A DNA stretch of 64,000 nt from Sminthopsis crassicaudata (Eukaryota): NCBI RefSeq assembly GCF_048593235.1, contig NC_133618.1, forward strand, positions 48,952,478 to 49,016,477. The letters are read 5' to 3'. Under the pieces are notes generated by a model, which saw nothing but the letters and a program-made list of their open reading frames with translations, did no database searches and was not told the origin of the DNA. Positions 1 through 11,599 of this stretch are shown in pieces. The stretch's first letter is position 1. Every line of letters starts with the position of its first letter. Made by a program: the position numbers and the translations under genes.

Positions 1-624
1 TTTACATCTCATAGCCCTGTGTCCATTGCTCCTCTTTTAGGAGATAGGAAACATGCTTTAATGTGGGTTCAGAGAACGGCTTGTTTATTGTTTGGGTTTT
101 ATAGCTAATTCTCTTTCTTAAAAATTGTTATTGATGCTCTTTTCATGCCATAATGTTTTACCAATATTACCATTCTTGAATTCTTTCTTGTAACAAAGAA
201 AAACTGTTAAGCAAAAAGCAACCCACAGGACATCTGATTCGGCTCATGACACATGTAACATTCCTCCCCCATATTCCTCCACCTCTCTGCTGAGAGAGTG
301 GAAATGGGAACCATATCTTTCCCTGAGAACAAAGATTGATTTTTACATTTAACCTGAACTTAGCTGCTCTTTAGCAGAATTTTATTTACATCAGGACAGT
401 CATTGTGTAATTTCTTTTTCTTGACTGTTGCTTTTGTTTTGCTTCTGTTCATACCAATCTCTCCATGTTTCTCTAAATTCATCCTATGGAATGCTAGTAT
501 TTCATCTTGTTTGATTTGATCCCACATTTTACCCTGTTGAAATCTTCTTGGATCCTTATTCTCCCATCCAACAGTTCCTGTTACTCTTAGCTTATTGTTG
601 TCTGCAAATTCCTTATCTGTTGGA

Positions 625-780
625 GGTACTAGGTGCGATAGTGGGCAGGGCTCTCCATGGGATATCTGAGTTCAAATTCTGCTTCAGCTTTTTTTTCAGT
701 GAGGTAAGTCACTTAACCTTTTCAGACTTAAGTTTTCTTCATCTGTAAAATGGGGATAGCAACATCTCATAAGGTTTTTT
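625..780 (+). mobile_element. MIR-type CORE-SINE
   Basis: GAGTTCAAAT B-box-like segment and core AAGTCACTTAACC...TCATCTGTAAAATGGGGATA. Confidence 0.75.
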
Positions 781-799
781 TTATTTGTGGGCTATATTT

Positions 800-1310
800 A
801 CCTTTTTTTAATTTAATTTTTTAAAAAATACATTGTTTCATGAATCATGTCAGGAGAGAAAAATTAGGACAAAAGGGATAAACCACAGGAGAAAAAAAAA
901 AACAGAAAAAAAGTGAACATAGCATGTTGATTTATATTCAGTTTCCTTCATTCTTTTTCTGGGTGCAGATGGCATTTTCTGTCCAAAATTTATTGGGATT
1001 ACTTTGGATCACTAAACCCCTAAGAAGAACCAAGTCTAGCATAATTGATCATCATACATGTTACTGTGTACAATGTATTCCTGGTTCTGGTTATTTTGCT
1101 CATCATCAGTCCTTTCTAAAATCAGCTTGTTCATCATTTTTTATTTATTCCATCATTTTCATATACCACAACTTATTCAGTAATTCTCCAATTAATGGGC
1201 ATATACTTATTTTCCAATTCTTTGCTACCACAAAGAGAACTGCTACAAGTATTTTTGCACATGTGGGTCCTTTTCCTTCCTTTATGATTTCTTTAGCATA
1301 CAGACTCAAT
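800..1310 (-). mobile_element. L1 3' end (ORF2 C-terminus and 3' UTR)
   Basis: Antisense marsupial L1 hallmarks (CAATTCTTTGCTACCACAAAGAG, ATGTGGGTCCTTTTCC) with a T-rich tail at the left. Confidence 0.85.
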
Positions 1311-1479
1311 TTGGGTCAAAAGCATAAGGTTGTTGTGAGTATCAATGTGATAATGTTTGTAAAGTACTGGAGTATGTCCAACTTTTTCTCTGTCACAAAT
1401 GGAATGATAACTTTTCTTGAAGTTTCTTGTCATTTCTACTCTGGCAACCAGGCTCTCTCCTCATTTAAAAAAAAGTAAT

Positions 1480-2120
1480 TTTTTTCCTATCAAGCTTGTA
1501 TTTTTCCCTCCCACCTCTTCCACTGAAAAGAGAAAAATAAAGAGAAAGGAAGGAAGGAAAGCAAAGAAGAAGAGAAGAAGAAAAGGAGGGAGAGAGAAGG
1601 AGGGAAAGGAAAGAAGGTAAAGAAGGAAAGAAAACTCAAACTCTTGTGTCACAAGCATAATTTTAAAAAATACATTCTCACATTGGCCACATCCAAAAAT
1701 ATATTTCTTATTCTATGTTTTAGTCTATTATCTTTCTGCCATAATGTGAGCAATGCTTTCTTTATCATTCCCCTGGGATAAAGGTTGATTATTTAGTTGA
1801 TCAGAACTCTTAAGTCTTTCAGAATGGTTCATTTTTACAATGATAAAATGATGGAATAAAAAACTCTTCTGGTTCTTCTCGCTTCATTTGGCATCAGTTC
1901 ATACAAGTCTTCCTAGATCTCTCTGAAATGATTTCTTTATTTCTTGTGGCTCAATAGTATTTCAGGACATTTTTATACCACAATTTGTTCAATCATTCCC
2001 CAATAATTGGGTACTCCTTTAGTTTCCTATTCTTAGTTACCAAAAAAGGAGCTGCTATAAATATTTTTTTATATATAGGACCTTTTCCTTTCTCCTTGAT
2101 TTCTTTGGGTTGCAGACTTA
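1480..2120 (-). mobile_element. Older L1 3' fragment
   Basis: Degenerate antisense L1 terminal sequence (TTACCAAAAAAGGAGCTGCTATAAATATTTTT...GGACCTTTTCC). Confidence 0.65.
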
Positions 2121-4239
2121 ATTATAATATCAGTGGGTCAAAGGCACACACTTATTCTGCTCTGCTTCAGAGGAAAGAACTGGGATGAATTGGTGAGATT
2201 TTCTAGAGAAAGTAACCGTATTATATAGGACTCTTCTGAGTGGGCTAGTCTGATTTTGGGGTGTTTAATTCCCCACTCTTTCCGTCCTGGGTTTTTGATC
2301 AGTCTTTCTAGACTAGAAACCTCAAAAGCTTCTTCTGTCCCAGATTAATATAGTCGACACTGAAGTAAGAATATCATTCCCACTCAATCACACGCCCTGC
2401 GGATCCTGACTGTGTTCTCATTCATACCCACCAGCTCCAGTCCCAGCCAACATGGAGCCTTTGGATGGCCCTTGGCTCAGGGTCTGACAGCTGGACTGGG
2501 CCAAATATTGTCAATCAGTCAGATTGTTGTTTGTCCTCTGTCCTTGGAGAGCCCCAGTGACTGTAAGTGAATTTGGATTTGAGTGAGTGAGGGTGGTACA
2601 AGGTCCTGCCTCATTTTCTCCTCCTGAACCCTCGGGTCCAGTGGCCAGCTATAAATCGGGAGGACTGGAGATGGCCCCAGATGCAGTGGGAGACTTTGCC
2701 TTTTTAAGCTCAGGTCTTTAACAGATCTCAGTCTGTCTGAGGCAACACCCATTCAGTGCCTGAGACCACAAAGCTGATGAATCTCTGTTCCTCTTTACCT
2801 TTAGCTTTGGGGGAGGGTTCGAAAAAGGGAAAAGGGTTTCTCCCCAGATCTTTCCTGCTTCATCCCCACTGTCACAGTATCAGCAGCCCTAGGTGATGGC
2901 TGGCACTCCATGGGTGGCTCCCAGCTCCAGCTATATGCTATCGACTGTCACTTCGATGCACAAACGGGCTGGAGGTGGGAGGGAGGAGGGAGGGTGTTTT
3001 TGAAGCAAGGCAGCTAATTGGGCGGCTCCAGGGTGGTTGTTGTTTTTTTTAACCAAGAAATGGCTTTTCCCTATTAAGGCAGGTACTAAAGGGAATGTCA
3101 CTGATGCATTAAAGATGTGGCTTGTTGTTGTTGCTGTTGTTTTAATGGTTTTTATTGCGTGGTGGTCGGGAAAGGGCTGGCAGGCTGTAATGAAGTAGAT
3201 TGATGACTTAATAGCCTGTAGCCATTACAGAGTAATTGAATGGTTGTGTATATATGATCAGACTGTCAATGGTGAACGTGAATCGCAAGTTAATCAAAGG
3301 GAGAGGCACCCACTGGGGTGGCAGAGACAGGCACGTTTGCTCACGTCTGGGAGAGGATCTGGTGGGGTGGGGCGACGGGCTGGGGACCATGAAAACATAG
3401 ACTGGTGTACCCCGCCCACACAAGAACCCATACACCCCTACAATGCGACCGTGTCAATATCGACAAGTGCTCAGAGCTACCGTGTGACCTGGGCAAGTCA
3501 CTTCAATACTCGGAACCCCAATTTCCTCCTTTGTAAAGTGACGAGGTTGGGCTGGATCATAAGGTCCAATTCTCAATGTATGACTTTATAATTTGTAGTG
3601 GGCAGAGGGCCGGCTTTGATGTCAGAAAGATCTGAGTTCAAGTCTCACCTCACCTCATAAAACATACTGACTGTGTGATTTGGGGCAAGGCTCTTTACCC
3701 ATAGTGCCCTAAGGAGCTCTCCAAGACCCTCCTTATCCCACAATGCAAATTCACGGGATACTTGCTCTTGCGGTACATGGACATTAGTGTCCGGGTGCCG
3801 TGCCGTGGACGTGTAAGTGCTCAAGGATTACATTTCTGAATCATGTCAAGGTCCTCAGGCTGTATGGAAGGGTGAGCGGGGCCCATCACAAACACGTTGC
3901 CATTCATTGATTCGGTTATTGGGTTCCTACTATCTGCTCAGGATTCCAAGACAAAAAGGAAGCTCAAGGAGCCTATATTCTGTGTATTATTTCATGGGGA
4001 AAGGAAGAGAAGAGAAACTCCAGCTGTGACTCCCCACCAGAGTGGGATGGAGGTTTGTGGATTTGGGGAGACCCTCAGGTTTTAGTTCTAAGGGTTGATA
4101 TGAGCCCCAGATAAAGAACCAAGAGTTCTCTCTGCGAGGAAGGTGACGATCAAGCAAAAAAGGGCAACAGAAAGGAAAAAAGGGGGTGGTCCGAGTGTGC
4201 TACATGGATTGGGGGGAAGAGGGAGGGTGGAAGGCAACA

Positions 4240-4470
4240 CTTGTTTATTATTTATCTACTATGTGCCAGGCTCTGTGCTAAGCACTTTACAAATAATATC
4301 TCATTTACCCCTTACAATAAACCCTGGGAGGGAGATACTATTGCTACCCTCCTTTTACAGCTGAGGAAACTGAGGCAGGCACAGATTAAGTGACTTGCCT
4401 AGTATCACACAGTTAATAAGGGTCTGAGGCTGGATTTGAATTCAGGTCTTCCTGCCTATCACTGTACCAC
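4240..4470 (-). mobile_element. MIR-type SINE
   Basis: TTTTACAGCTGAGGAAACTGAGGCAG...TTAAGTGACTTGCC...GGATTTGAATTCAGGTCTTCC, the antisense MIR core. Confidence 0.85.
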
Positions 4471-5694
4471 CAGCAGCTTGGGTCTTGTGCAAAGAGTACA
4501 GAATCTGAAATATACGTGATTTTTAAAAATGATCTCTTTACAAACATCCCCACCCTAAGCTAATTTTTCTTGGTTCCTTCTGGAAATACACTCTCTGGGA
4601 CTCTCAATCCCTTCTCCCAGAAGCCTCTTGCCCTGAGCTCTATTCTACCAGTTCAGGATGCCATGACAATTTTCCCTTCTCCCCCAGTTGCTCTCCAGCC
4701 TCCTCTCCTTCTCTGTTCTGGATCACTTCTTGGCCAGAGACCTTTTACTCTTAGCCAGGTGGGTGAGAGCTTGGGATTCACATTCACCTTCTGAGGGGAA
4801 ATTGCTTTGAAAATCCCCAATGGTAAATCTCCCAACTGAAATCTAGGCTCTCACCCTCCACAGCCTCCTCTTTCTCTTCCCCAGCATGGAGCCCATGCTA
4901 CTCATTTCTGTGTGTGACAACCAGGTGTTTTACAGTATTTGCTACCTGTGATCATCCATCAAAACAATCAATAGAGCTCCTACCGAGTTTTATTAATGAT
5001 CTTGTCAGTGGCCTGGCGCTGGATGCCTGGGGTTGTCTGGAATGATAGATCATTAAGAGGTTTTGCTGTTATTTATTCTCCAGTGACCTTGTCTCCCCCC
5101 ATTGTTGCTTGCTTAAGAGTTATGAATGTGAGACATGATAATTTGATATTGATCTATTTGGTAAGTTAAAAAATTTACTGCATCGTTGATGTTTTAACAA
5201 AGGATACTGTTTATTCTTCCTGCAGCCAGGATAAAGGGTGGCTCTGGGTAGCCCTAACCACTGTCTAAAGTCGGAAGAGAAGAAATAGACCCCAAAGAAT
5301 GGAAAAGGGCAGTGGAGGCTGGCTTTGGGATCGGAGAAGGCTCAGGAAAGACTCGGGCTGGATTTCAGCCTTGAGAACCTCCAGAGTCGCATCCAGAAGA
5401 CGATGATGACTCCTACAAGGGACATGATGGCAGAGCATCAGCCCTAGATCTGAGGAAAATAGCTCTTGTGGCCACATTGTTGACCTGGGTGGCAGAGATA
5501 GTGACGCTGAGGGGTCCCTCACATGAATTGCCACTGATTTCTAGAGCCTTTTCTTCCTGTTGCTCAGTGACAGATGCAGGAATAGGTGGGACTGGAGAAA
5601 GATGGAGAGAAGGCACAAAATGGATCCCAGAGGATGGAGATGCGTTCCAAAGACTCATGAATCTGTCCCCAAACCCACCATTCGGTTGGTCACG

Positions 5695-5900
5695 AGGCAT
5701 TTATTAAGTATTTACTATGTGTCAGTCACTGTGTTAAGTGCTAGAGATAAACAGAAAAGCAAAAACAGCTGTTGCCTTCAAGGAGCTCACAACCCAATGA
5801 AGGAGACAATATTAACCAACTATGTCCAAACAAGATATATACGCAGGATAAATTGGTGGTCATTTCACAGGTAAAAGCACAGTTGAATTTAGGCACTATG
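5695..5900 (-). mobile_element. L2 3' end
   Basis: CATTTATTAAGTATTTACTATGTGTCAG...CCTTCAAGGAGCTCACA, the antisense L2 terminus. Confidence 0.75.
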
Positions 5901-6729
5901 GATGTAGGTACAATTTGATTAGCAAAGAAATATAACTTCTTTCTTTTCTGGACTCAAAGAGAGATATCGATCTAACAAAGCCTTTTGTTTTTTAGAAGGG
6001 GAAACTAAGGCAGGCGGAATAACAACCAAGGTGACACAGCTAGAAAATGACAGAAGGGGAAGCCAGTGATGGTGAGGGCACTTCCTGTCCATTGGACGAA
6101 AGCACGTTTTATCAAGAGCAAGAAGCAATCTAGGTCTTCATAAAGATTGACTGCCATCTTTGAGGAGCTAGAAAAACCCACTATCAATTGGAGAGAAGAG
6201 GATGGGGAGGAAAAGTGAGGTTGCACGTAAAACGCTTTCTTCTTTCTTTCTTTTCCCACTTTTCTGTGGCTTTAGGTCTAAACATGCCCCTTTCTCTTAG
6301 CCTTCTGTTTTTCTTCCTCTGTGTATCATGTCTCTCCCAATATGACATATCTTGTGAACTGGTTTAGACACCTCTCCTATATTTCATGGGTGTTGTGCCT
6401 TGCAGAAGAGGACATGAACACAAAGGTGTTAATTAATAAATTACATTGCATTTGACGCCCTTGGAGTTAGGTCCCAAATGTTATATTCAAATGAGGGCAA
6501 TGTAAATGAGCAAAAACATTTGCACTCAAAAACAACACTGCTCAGGTCAGAGAGCTAGCCCAGGACCCAGGCCCCCTCAGAGGGGGACCGTCATTTGAGC
6601 CTATTGGTCGGCCAGAGCCAATCCATCTTTACACATCCATAAGGATGGAGAACAGCAATGGTATTTAAAGAGAAAGCTTTTGTTTTTGGTCGTGGAGACT
6701 CTAATACTACTGTTTTATTAATTGAGTCC

Positions 6730-7100
6730 CAGATTCTAGAGTTGGAATGGATCTCAATAACCATCTAGTCGAGAAAGAATCCTACTGGCAACATAATAGA
6801 CATTGGTCGTCTGGTTTTCCCTAGGAAATCTCTCATGAGGGGAAACCCATTATCTCCTGACCCATTCCTAGACAAGATTAACTGGCTCTGTCCTTTGGAG
6901 GTAAACAGGAAGTTTGATCTCTTTCCTATATGGCAGCCCTTTAAAGACTTGAAGACCACTTACATGTTCTCGCTGAGTCTCTTCTTCTCCACATAGAACA
7001 TTTCCAGTTTTTCCAGATGAACCTAATATGGCACCCCCATTAAACTCCTCTCTAAATTCTCCTTCATTGTCACGACAAAGCCTGGGACTATGTGAACACA
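6730..7100 (-). mobile_element. CR1/L3 3' fragment
   Basis: TGGCAGCCCTTTAAAGACTTGAAGACC...CTCTTCTTCTCC matches the antisense L3 3' region. Confidence 0.7.
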
Positions 7101-7109
7101 ATTATAAAA

Positions 7110-8260
7110 CACTTTTCATACAAATAAAGTTGGATCTAAACAATTGGAAGAATATCAAGTGCTCATGTGTGGGCTGACAATAAAAATGACAATTCTACTT
7201 TAATTAATCTACTTATTCAGTGTCATATCAATCAAATTGTCAAGGAATTACTTTATAGAGCTAGAAAAAATAATAACAAAATTCATTTGGAAGAACAAAA
7301 GATCAAGAATTTCAAAGGAATTAATGACAAAAATGCAAAGGAAGGTGGCCTAGCTGTACCAGATCTAAAAAGCAGTGGTCATCAAAACCATTTGGTATTG
7401 GCTAAGAAATAGAAGAGTTGATCAGTGGAACAGGTTAGGTTCATAACACACAATAGTCGATAGCTATAGTCAATGGTTACAGGAAAGGATAATGATGAAT
7501 GTTGGAGGAGATGTGGGAAAACTGGGACACTGATGCATTGCTGGTGGAGTTGTGAAAGAATCCAGCCATTCTGGAGAGCAATCTGGAACTATAAAATTGT
7601 ACATACTCTTTGATCCAGCAGTGTTTCTACTGGGCCTGTATCCCAAAGAGATCCTAAAGGAGGGAAAGGGACCTACATGTGCAAGAATGTTTGTGGCAGC
7701 TCAGGAAAACGAGTGGATGCCCATCGACTGGGGAGTGATTGAATAAGTTGTAGTATATGAATGTAATGGAATATTATTGTTCTATAAGAAATGATGAACA
7801 GGTCTGGAAAGACTTACAGGAATTGAAACTAAATGAAATGAGCAGAATCAGGAGAACATTGTATATAATAATAACAAGATTATGTGATAATCAATTGTGA
7901 TGGACTTGACTCTTCTCAGCACAACAATTCCAATATACTTGGGATGGAAGATGCCATCAACATCCAGAGAGGAAACTATGGAGACTGAATGCAGATCAAA
8001 GCCTACTATTTTCACCTTTTTTTGGTGGTTTTCCCATTTGTTCTGATTTTTTATAACATGACTAATATGGGAATATGTTTAAAATGATTGGATATGTATG
8101 AGCTATATCAGACTGCTTGTTTTGTATCAGGGGAGGGAAGGGAGGCAGGGGAAAAATTTGGAACTCAAACTCTTACAAAAATGAATGTTGAAAACTATAT
8201 TTACATGTAATTATAAAGATAAAATATTATTGCTAAAATAAAAAAAAATAACCACAACAA
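7110..8260 (+). mobile_element. 5'-truncated L1 with internal deletion
   Basis: ORF2 remnants (NNWKNIKCS..., KEGGLAVPDLK, YILFDPAVFLLGLYPKEILKEGKGPTCARMFVAA), then 3' UTR and A-rich tail. Jumps near 7470 from post-RT sequence to the C-terminal Cys-rich region. Confidence 0.9.
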
Positions 8261-8419
8261 AAACAAAAGACATTGGCTTTAGCTTCATAACTGGTTTATT
8301 CCTGCTCTTGACCAAGACTAATGGCCCAAAGGATCATAGATTTTGGCTAGATGGGACCTTAAGAGTCATTGAGTTCATCCTCTAATTTTATAGTTGAAGA
8401 AAACCTCCAGAGAGGCTCC

Positions 8420-10010
8420 AAACATGCACATTGCTTGTTTCTTTTAGCCACTGTATCTTGCTGCCTCTTCTCCCTCCAATAACACAGTTTGTTAAATGCC
8501 AGTATTTGCCAATGCTAAATTTTTTTTTTTTTTCACTTATTCAGTCTTTTATTCAGTAAATCTCTATATTGAATCACATATGTGTAAAAAAAATGTCATT
8601 GCTGAATTACTGCTCTATGCTTTGCCAATGCTAAATTGCCCATGCACGGTGTATCCATGAAGATCGTTTTGCTCATAGGGAAAGAGAAGAAAGTGTTGGT
8701 GATGAAAAGGTAATGAGTGCACAGGTCACCAAGTAGTGAGTGACCATTATTGTTTCCAACTCCCAAGGACTCCCTGCCGCGTCTGAGAGTCTTCGTCTGC
8801 TCTAGCATAGAGATCGTCCAGAATCACAAGCTTGTCCTCGTCTAGCACATTGATCTTGAGGGTCTCCAGGTCCTCCTAAAACTTTTCTTTGGCCTGCTCA
8901 AAGTTTGTCATGGAGAGAGTGTACCCACTGATGAGGGCACCCCTGAAGGTGGCCATCGCATAGTCCTGAGCCTGTCACACATTCCCTTGGGTGGTTGATT
9001 AGATTAGCTTTGACTGCAAAATCTGCAGCAGCTTCAGGTTGCTCCCCTTCATGCGGCCATTCCAGAAACGTCTCCAGCTCCAGCTCTGACAAGCTGGTCT
9101 CTGTTTGCCATCCTTGTTGGCACGGGCTGCCCTTTGGGTGTGTGACCCGCCGAGTTCTCCGACAACAAGAATCGTTCTTCTTTTGCATGTTCCAGGTACT
9201 AGTGCTGAGTGGAATCACCTGTGCAAAAGGTGGTGCACATTTGCGTGTACCAGGGCAGGATCGTTGCTGGTTGTGGCAAGCAGCCCAGAGTTAGGTGAGC
9301 TGAGACAATTCCACAAAACGGCCTGGAGCAGAAACGTGGTCCTTAAAAGGTTCTGGGGGCTGAATCCCTCAGTCCAGTGAGAAGATGGCCCCATGGTCTG
9401 GACCACTTGGAGGTAAGATTGTGTCTGCATGACCCAGTGCAGCTGCAGCTTTGTCACTCGCTGGCCACCAAAGGACCTTGAGGAAGGTCAAAATGGTAGA
9501 ATGGCTGATGTCCTCTGACTTGAGCACAAATTCGGTTTAAGTGAGACAGAGACAGTGAAGGGTCGCGGGAGTCCAGTGGCGAGTCAGGATGACTGAGATG
9601 GCTTGTGGCTGACCCTGATATCTTCCTTCAATGGTTAACCAGGCTCCAAGTGCTCCATAGTTGGCACCTACTGTGTGGCCATGGGACAAATAGCTCTATC
9701 TGTCCCTTCCTTGGGGGCAGACACCAGTTTCCCCTACTCGGGGTCTGAAGCCTGTTGGTTATCCTCCATGTGGTCTAGCCATTGGCCAAAATGCTTTCCA
9801 GGCTCCAGCTTCTTGGAGCCGCAGGTGAGGGTGGGTGAATCAGGTGGATGTCAGAGGTGGAAAGCAGCCCTGAGAGGGCCCTCTCACCAGAAGTCTTTGT
9901 ATTTCCCGAACACTTGTTGAGACCCTGGAGTGCTATGTAAAGCCTGGGATCACAATTACGCAGGGTTATAGAGAGCGTCCCCAAAGTACCAGGCAGCATT
10001 AAGCTTGACT
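8420..10010 (-). mobile_element. Decayed RTE-clade LINE: 5' UTR plus endonuclease domain
   Basis: Frameshifted APE-endonuclease remnants: MIPLSTSTWN (9218), ...FAVKANLIN, ...EDKLVILD, GVGNNNGHSLLGDLCTHYLFITNTFF. No RT seen. The upstream boundary is approximate. Confidence 0.85.
8521..8620 (-). mobile_element. Short polyadenylated retro-insertion of unknown source
   Basis: Poly(T) at 8521-8533 (minus-strand poly(A)), AATAAA just upstream, and identical flanks TTTGCCAATGCTAAAT at 8505-8520 and 8621-8636. Confidence 0.8.
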
Positions 10011-10420
10011 TGAATCTAACTTTGCTAGTGTGGAAACTGCCCTTACTGTTGGGGACGCTGTGGCTACTGTCAGAGGCACAATTGGAAGCTCAGCCTTTTT
10101 GACTCCAGGCTCAGCACAAGACCAACTATGGATTGATTTCTTTCTCTGTAGGAAAGGGAACTCTAAGATTTTTTTTAAAGCTCCTGTTCAGGGCCCCCTT
10201 CTTTGTTAGGAAAGGAATTGGTCCCCACCTTTGTCATCTAAACTTCTCTGGACCCACAAACCCATGTGAAAGCAGGAGGGCATGAGGGCTGCTGCAGGTA
10301 GTGATCATAGCAGAGAGGATAGACGGTGACTGGTGGTTAATGGTGGATGATTTGTGAATGGTTAATGCTGAAGGTGTTGGGTATGGGTAGAACACAGTGA
10401 GACTGGTGGGTAGCCTGATT

Positions 10421-10905
10421 NNNNNNNNNNNNNNNNNNNNNNNNNNNNNNNNNNNNNNNNNNNNNNNNNNNNNNNNNNNNNNNNNNNNNNNNNNNNNNNN
10501 NNNNNNNNNNNNNNNNNNNNNNNNNNNNNNNNNNNNNNNNNNNNNNNNNNNNNNNNNNNNNNNNNNNNNNNNNNNNNNNNNNNNNNNNNNNNNNNNNNNN
10601 NNNNNNNNNNNNNNNNNNNNNNNNNNNNNNNNNNNNNNNNNNNNNNNNNNNNNNNNNNNNNNNNNNNNNNNNNNNNNNNNNNNNNNNNNNNNNNNNNNNN
10701 NNNNNNNNNNNNNNNNNNNNNNNNNNNNNNNNNNNNNNNNNNNNNNNNNNNNNNNNNNNNNNNNNNNNNNNNNNNNNNNNNNNNNNNNNNNNNNNNNNNN
10801 NNNNNNNNNNNNNNNNNNNNNNNNNNNNNNNNNNNNNNNNNNNNNNNNNNNNNNNNNNNNNNNNNNNNNNNNNNNNNNNNNNNNNNNNNNNNNNNNNNNN
10901 NNNNN
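10421..10905. other. Assembly gap
   Basis: Run of N. Confidence 1.
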
Positions 10906-11230
10906 GAAAAGCAGAGAAAGAGAGAGAGACAGAGAGGAGAGAGGGGGAGAGAGACACAGAAAGAGAGAGACAGAGAAGAGAGAGGAAGAGGAGGAAGAGG
11001 ATGAAAGAGAAGCAGAGAGAAAGACAAAGACAGAGGAAAGAGGGGAAGAGAAGGGGGAGAGAGAGAGAGACATATACAGAGAGACACAGAGTCAGAAGAA
11101 AGGGAGAGAGACAGAGAGGGAGAAAGAGAGGGAGAAGGAAAGAGATGGAGAAGGAAAAGAAGAAAAGGGGAGAGAGAGACAGACACAGAAAGACAGAGAC
11201 AAAAAAAAGGGAGAGAGAGACATATTGAGG

Positions 11231-11305
<75 letters not shown>

Positions 11306-11430
11306 AATCTCTTTCTGTTGCTTCCATCTCTTTTTCCTCTCTGTCTGTCTCGATCTCTCCCTTTTTCTTCTCCCATCTCTCTCTTTGTATATCTGTCTGT
11401 CTCTGTCTCTTTCTCTCTCTCTCTCCCTCA
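10906..11430. repeat. GA-rich low-complexity tract with pure (GA)n, followed by a TC-rich tract
   Basis: (GA)n at about 11236-11302. Polarity switches to pyrimidines at about 11307. Confidence 0.95.
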
Positions 11431-11599
11431 CAAGTTCTGCTTAAGTTCAGATGAATCAGCCGAAAAGGGGTTAGGACTTACTGCAGGAGCCTCCTAGGAT
11501 TCCCTCCAACCTAGAGATCAAACTGCACCCTGAGAGAAATGACTGCTAAGTCAAATTTTTCCAACTCATTGTTGAAGTTGGAGACAAAGGATCACAGGA

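Noticed and set aside
3740-3830. Octamer ATGCAAAT near a CpG-rich patch, suggesting an snRNA promoter
   Set aside because: No PSE or snRNA body recognisable.
10234-11497. 279-366-aa ORFs
   Set aside because: They run through an N-gap and GA/TC repeats.
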